DNA of 32,000 bases, taken from positions 300,001-332,000 of the forward strand of contig LM655252.1 in the NCBI GenBank assembly GCA_000953435.1. The letters are read 5' to 3'. Of this stretch, positions 29,192 to 32,000 are shown one piece after another. Under the pieces are notes generated by a model. It saw nothing but the letters and a program-made list of their open reading frames with translations. It was not told the origin of the DNA and did no database searches. A program made the position numbers and the translations under genes. The stretch comes from Candidatus Johnevansia muelleri. GTDB lineage: Bacteria; Pseudomonadota; Gammaproteobacteria; Johnevansiales; Johnevansiaceae. Every line of letters begins with the position of its first letter. Within the stretch, counting starts at the first letter, position 1.

Positions 29192-30268
29192 CTAAACTTT
29201 AAAACGAAAATGTATTATATCACCGTTTTTTACTATATATTTTTTACCTTCTAATCTCCATTTACCAGCTTTTTTAGCTCCTATTTCACCTTTATATTTT
29301 ATAAAATCATTAAATGAAATAACTTCAGCACGAATAAATCCTTTTGCAAAATCAGTATGAATTATATTAGCGGATTCTATAGCGGTAGCACCTATAGAAA
29401 TTGCCCATGCTCTTATTTCTTTTAATCCTACAGTAAAATATGTGTGCAAATTAAGTAAATCATAACTCATACATATTAATTTATTTATTACGCTATTTTT
29501 ATTAATTTCTTCAAATATATTCTTTTCTTTTTTTGATATTTCAGATTCTATTTTATTACAAATAACAAGAATAGGTGCATTTTCTGCATATGATATATTT
29601 TTAATAATATTTAAGTATTTATTTTTTTCAAATCCATTTTCATTTACATTAGCAATATATATAAGTGGTTTTATAGTTAAAAAACCATATTTATTTAATA
29701 ATATGCGTTCCCATTCATATAATTTAAATTTACGTAAAGATAAACCATTTTCTAAATGTGGTTTAATTTTTTCTAATAATGTTTTAAGTATTAAAGCTTC
29801 TTTATTATCTAATTTAATTAATTTATTTTTTTTAATACTATTCATAGTATCTATATCTGAAATAACTAATTCAATATTTATTATTTCAATATCATGTTTC
29901 GGATTTACTTTATTATAAATATGAATTATATTTTTATCATCAAAACAACGTACTACATGTACAAGAGCATTTGTTTCACGAATTTTTTCTAAAAATTTAT
30001 TACCTAAACCTTCTCCTTTAGAAGCACCAGATACTAATCCAGCAATATCAATAAATTTCATTGTATTAGGTATAATTTTTATAGTATTTACAATATTAAA
30101 TAATTGTTTAAGTCTAGGATCTAATATTGATACTATACGAATATTAGGGTCAATAGTACAAAAAGGAAAATTTTTAGCATTTACATTTGATTTAGTAAGG
30201 GCATTAAATAATGTTGATTTACCAACATTAGGTAAACCAATAATCCCACAATTTAAGCTTATCCCCAT
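29192..30268 (-). CDS. ychF: ribosome-binding ATPase YchF
   Basis: 358 aa ORF with G1 motif GIIGLPNVGKSTLFNALT, DIAGLVSGASKGEGLGNKFL and a TGS-like C-terminus. Confidence 0.95.
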   Translation of the reverse strand: MGISLNCGIIGLPNVGKSTLFNALTKSNVNAKNFPFCTIDPNIRIVSILDPRLKQLFNIVNTIKIIPNTMKFIDIAGLVSGASKGEGLGNKFLEKIRETNALVHVVRCFDDKNIIHIYNKVNPKHDIEIINIELVISDIDTMNSIKKNKLIKLDNKEALILKTLLEKIKPHLENGLSLRKFKLYEWERILLNKYGFLTIKPLIYIANVNENGFEKNKYLNIIKNISYAENAPILVICNKIESEISKKEKNIFEEINKNSVINKLICMSYDLLNLHTYFTVGLKEIRAWAISIGATAIESANIIHTDFAKGFIRAEVISFNDFIKYKGEIGAKKAGKWRLEGKKYIVKNGDIIHFRFKV

Positions 30269-30285
30269 AATATACCTTAATAATT

Positions 30286-30867
30286 TTATTTATTTATAGT
30301 ATGAAGATGTGTCATTGCTTTTTCCCAATAACCTTGAATTACTAAAGGAAGTATATCAATGGCTTTTTTAATACTAATATTTATATAAATTTTATCATTT
30401 TTATTAGGTATACTTAAAACATAATTACTAATTAATTCATTTTTACTTGGATGACCAATACCTATACGAATACGAGGAAAATTTTTAGTTCCTAGTGTAT
30501 AAATAATGTCACGTAATCCATTATGACCTCCATGACCACCATTTAATTTTAATTTAGTTTTACCTATAGAAATATCTAAATCATCATGTGCAATTAAAAA
30601 GTTTTTTTTAAAATTATAAAATTTAGTTAATAAATATAATACTTTTCCATTATTATTCATATAAGTTAAAGGAACAAAAAGATCTAATTCTTTATTAGAT
30701 AAACTAATACGAGCATACTCACAAAGATATTTATATTTAGGATATAACTTAATACCTAATAAATTAGCTAATTTATATACAAATTTAGCACCTACATTAT
30801 GACGAGTTCCAATATATTTATTACCATAATTTCTTAAACCAATAATTGCAGATATTGTTGTATTCAT
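30286..30867 (-). CDS. pth: peptidyl-tRNA hydrolase
   Basis: 193 aa ORF with GLRNYGNKYIGTRHNVGAKF (catalytic His), LIAHDDLD and GGHGGHNGLRDI. Confidence 0.9.
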   Translation of the reverse strand: MNTTISAIIGLRNYGNKYIGTRHNVGAKFVYKLANLLGIKLYPKYKYLCEYARISLSNKELDLFVPLTYMNNNGKVLYLLTKFYNFKKNFLIAHDDLDISIGKTKLKLNGGHGGHNGLRDIIYTLGTKNFPRIRIGIGHPSKNELISNYVLSIPNKNDKIYINISIKKAIDILPLVIQGYWEKAMTHLHTINK

Positions 30868-30890
30868 AAATAAATATTATATATAATAAA

Positions 30891-31475
30891 TTAATCAATC
30901 TTATCAATTTTTTTTTTATTAATAATGGTAATAATTATATTATCTTGTTTTTTAATTAAATTTACTCCTTTCGGTAATTTAATATCTGTAATTTTAATAT
31001 TTTCTCCTAAATTTAAATTATTTATATTAATTTCTAAATAATATATAATATATTTAGGAAAACAAGTAATTTCAATATTTTTTTTTAAAATTTTAATTAT
31101 TCCTCCTTCTTTTATACCTTTACATGTATCTATATTAATAAATTTAAATGGAATATTTAATTTTAATTGTGTATTTTCTGTTATACGTATAAAATCAATA
31201 TGAAGTATAAATGTTTTAATTGAATGATATTGTATAAAAAGAACTAATACTGTTTCAATATTATTTTTAATATTAATTTTAATTATAGAATTTAAAAAAT
31301 ATTTATATTCTATTATATTATTTAATAAATTTGTTTCAATTGAAATTGGTAAATTTTTTTTATTATTACCATATATAATAGCAGGTATACGATTATAAAT
31401 ACGTCTTATTTTTCTATTAGCACTTTTACCTAGATATATACGTTGTAGTGCAGTTATTTCATATTTTATTTTCAT
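30891..31475 (-). CDS. rplY: 50S ribosomal protein L25, long Ctc form
   Basis: 194 aa ORF. The N-terminus has RKIRR..RIPAIIYG, typical of L25/Ctc. It has two-domain length and lies in the conserved prs-rplY-pth-ychF neighbourhood. Confidence 0.85.
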   Translation of the reverse strand: MKIKYEITALQRIYLGKSANRKIRRIYNRIPAIIYGNNKKNLPISIETNLLNNIIEYKYFLNSIIKINIKNNIETVLVLFIQYHSIKTFILHIDFIRITENTQLKLNIPFKFINIDTCKGIKEGGIIKILKKNIEITCFPKYIIYYLEININNLNLGENIKITDIKLPKGVNLIKKQDNIIITIINKKKIDKID

Positions 31476-31489
31476 TTATGTATAATTTA

Positions 31490-32000
31490 TTATGTAAACA
31501 TTGCACTTACAGATTCTTCATTATTAACACGACGAATTGCTTCTGCTATAATACTAGATACAGTAATTTGTCTTATTTTACTGCATAATATAGCTTTTTC
31601 AGCTAATGGAATTGTATCACTGACTACTAATTCATCAATATTAGATTTTAAAATATTATCTATAGCTGATCCAGAAAGAATTGCATGAGTTGAATAAGCT
31701 ACAATACGTTTTGCACCATGTAATTTTAATGCTTCAGCAGCTTTACATATTGTATTAGCAGTATCAATAATATCATCTAATAAAATACATATGCGATTAT
31801 TTACATCACCTATAATATGCATTACTTGTGATTCATTTATTTTAGGACGTCTTTTATCAATAATTGCTAAGTCTAAATTTAATTCTTGAGCTGCGGCACG
31901 AGCACGAATAACGCCTCCAATGTCTGGAGATACAATTAACATATTTTTATAATTTTGATGATAAATATCATTTATTAAAACAGGATTACCATATATATTA
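31490..32000 (-). CDS. prs: ribose-phosphate pyrophosphokinase (5' end lies outside the window)
   Basis: The track ORF starts at an internal Met, but the reading frame stays open to the window edge (..NIYGNPVLINDIYHQNYKNMLIVSPDIGGVIRARA..). The PRPP-binding loop ILLDDIIDTANT is present. Confidence 0.9.
   Translation of the reverse strand, partial: NIYGNPVLINDIYHQNYKNMLIVSPDIGGVIRARAAAQELNLDLAIIDKRRPKINESQVMHIIGDVNNRICILLDDIIDTANTICKAAEALKLHGAKRIVAYSTHAILSGSAIDNILKSNIDELVVSDTIPLAEKAILCSKIRQITVSSIIAEAIRRVNNEESVSAMFT

Noticed and set aside
29703-29918. 71-aa ORF on the plus strand.
   Set aside because: It is antisense within ychF and translates to low complexity.

Overview
The window is extremely AT-rich and gene-dense, and its proteins are dominated by I/K/N/F/Y. 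Intergenic spacers are tiny and several genes overlap. This is the signature of a strongly reduced genome of an obligate intracellular bacterial symbiont. The long Ctc-type L25 and the prs-rplY-pth-ychF cluster argue for a beta- or non-enteric gamma-proteobacterial lineage. I cannot name the organism from sequence alone. The standard genetic code appears to apply: Trp is TGG and TGA is used as a stop.

Every sizeable ORF is a recognisable housekeeping gene:
- Plus strand, 1-17110: rpmG, trpS, tRNA-Ile, 5S rRNA, tRNA-Lys, dapA, aceE, aceF, tsaB, tRNA-Asp, tRNA-Val, rlmB, rpsF, rpsR, dnaB, rsmA, tsaD, rpsU, dnaG, rpoD, ygfZ.
- Minus strand, 17107-19226: clpX, clpP, tRNA-His, tRNA-Arg, tRNA-Pro.
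- Plus strand: folD.
- Minus strand: cysS, glnS, recC.
- Plus strand: aspS, a truncated yebC, ruvC, tRNA-Ser.
- Minus strand: tRNA-Met, ychF, pth, rplY, prs (partial).

Three small ribosomal protein genes are missing from the ORF track and were found by eye: rpmG, rpsU and rpsR.

I see no mobile elements, CRISPR arrays, defence or toxin genes, and no unassigned multi-gene cassette. I therefore do not claim a novel system. The items worth a second look are genome-reduction oddities:
- A conserved S18 gene with no canonical start codon, overlapped out of frame by the S6 ORF next to an A8 tract.
- Loss of priB and rplI from their conserved slot.
- An orphan 5S rRNA joined to tRNA-Ile(GAU) with no 16S or 23S.
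- A near-perfect 51-bp tandem repeat that builds the aceF inter-domain linker, followed by a lipoyl-like domain lacking the lipoyl lysine.
- A YebC cut cleanly to its first ~79 residues.
- Tail-to-tail tRNA genes 1 nt apart.
- The window's only two TGA stops, both embedded in TTGACA hexamers directly upstream of stable-RNA genes.
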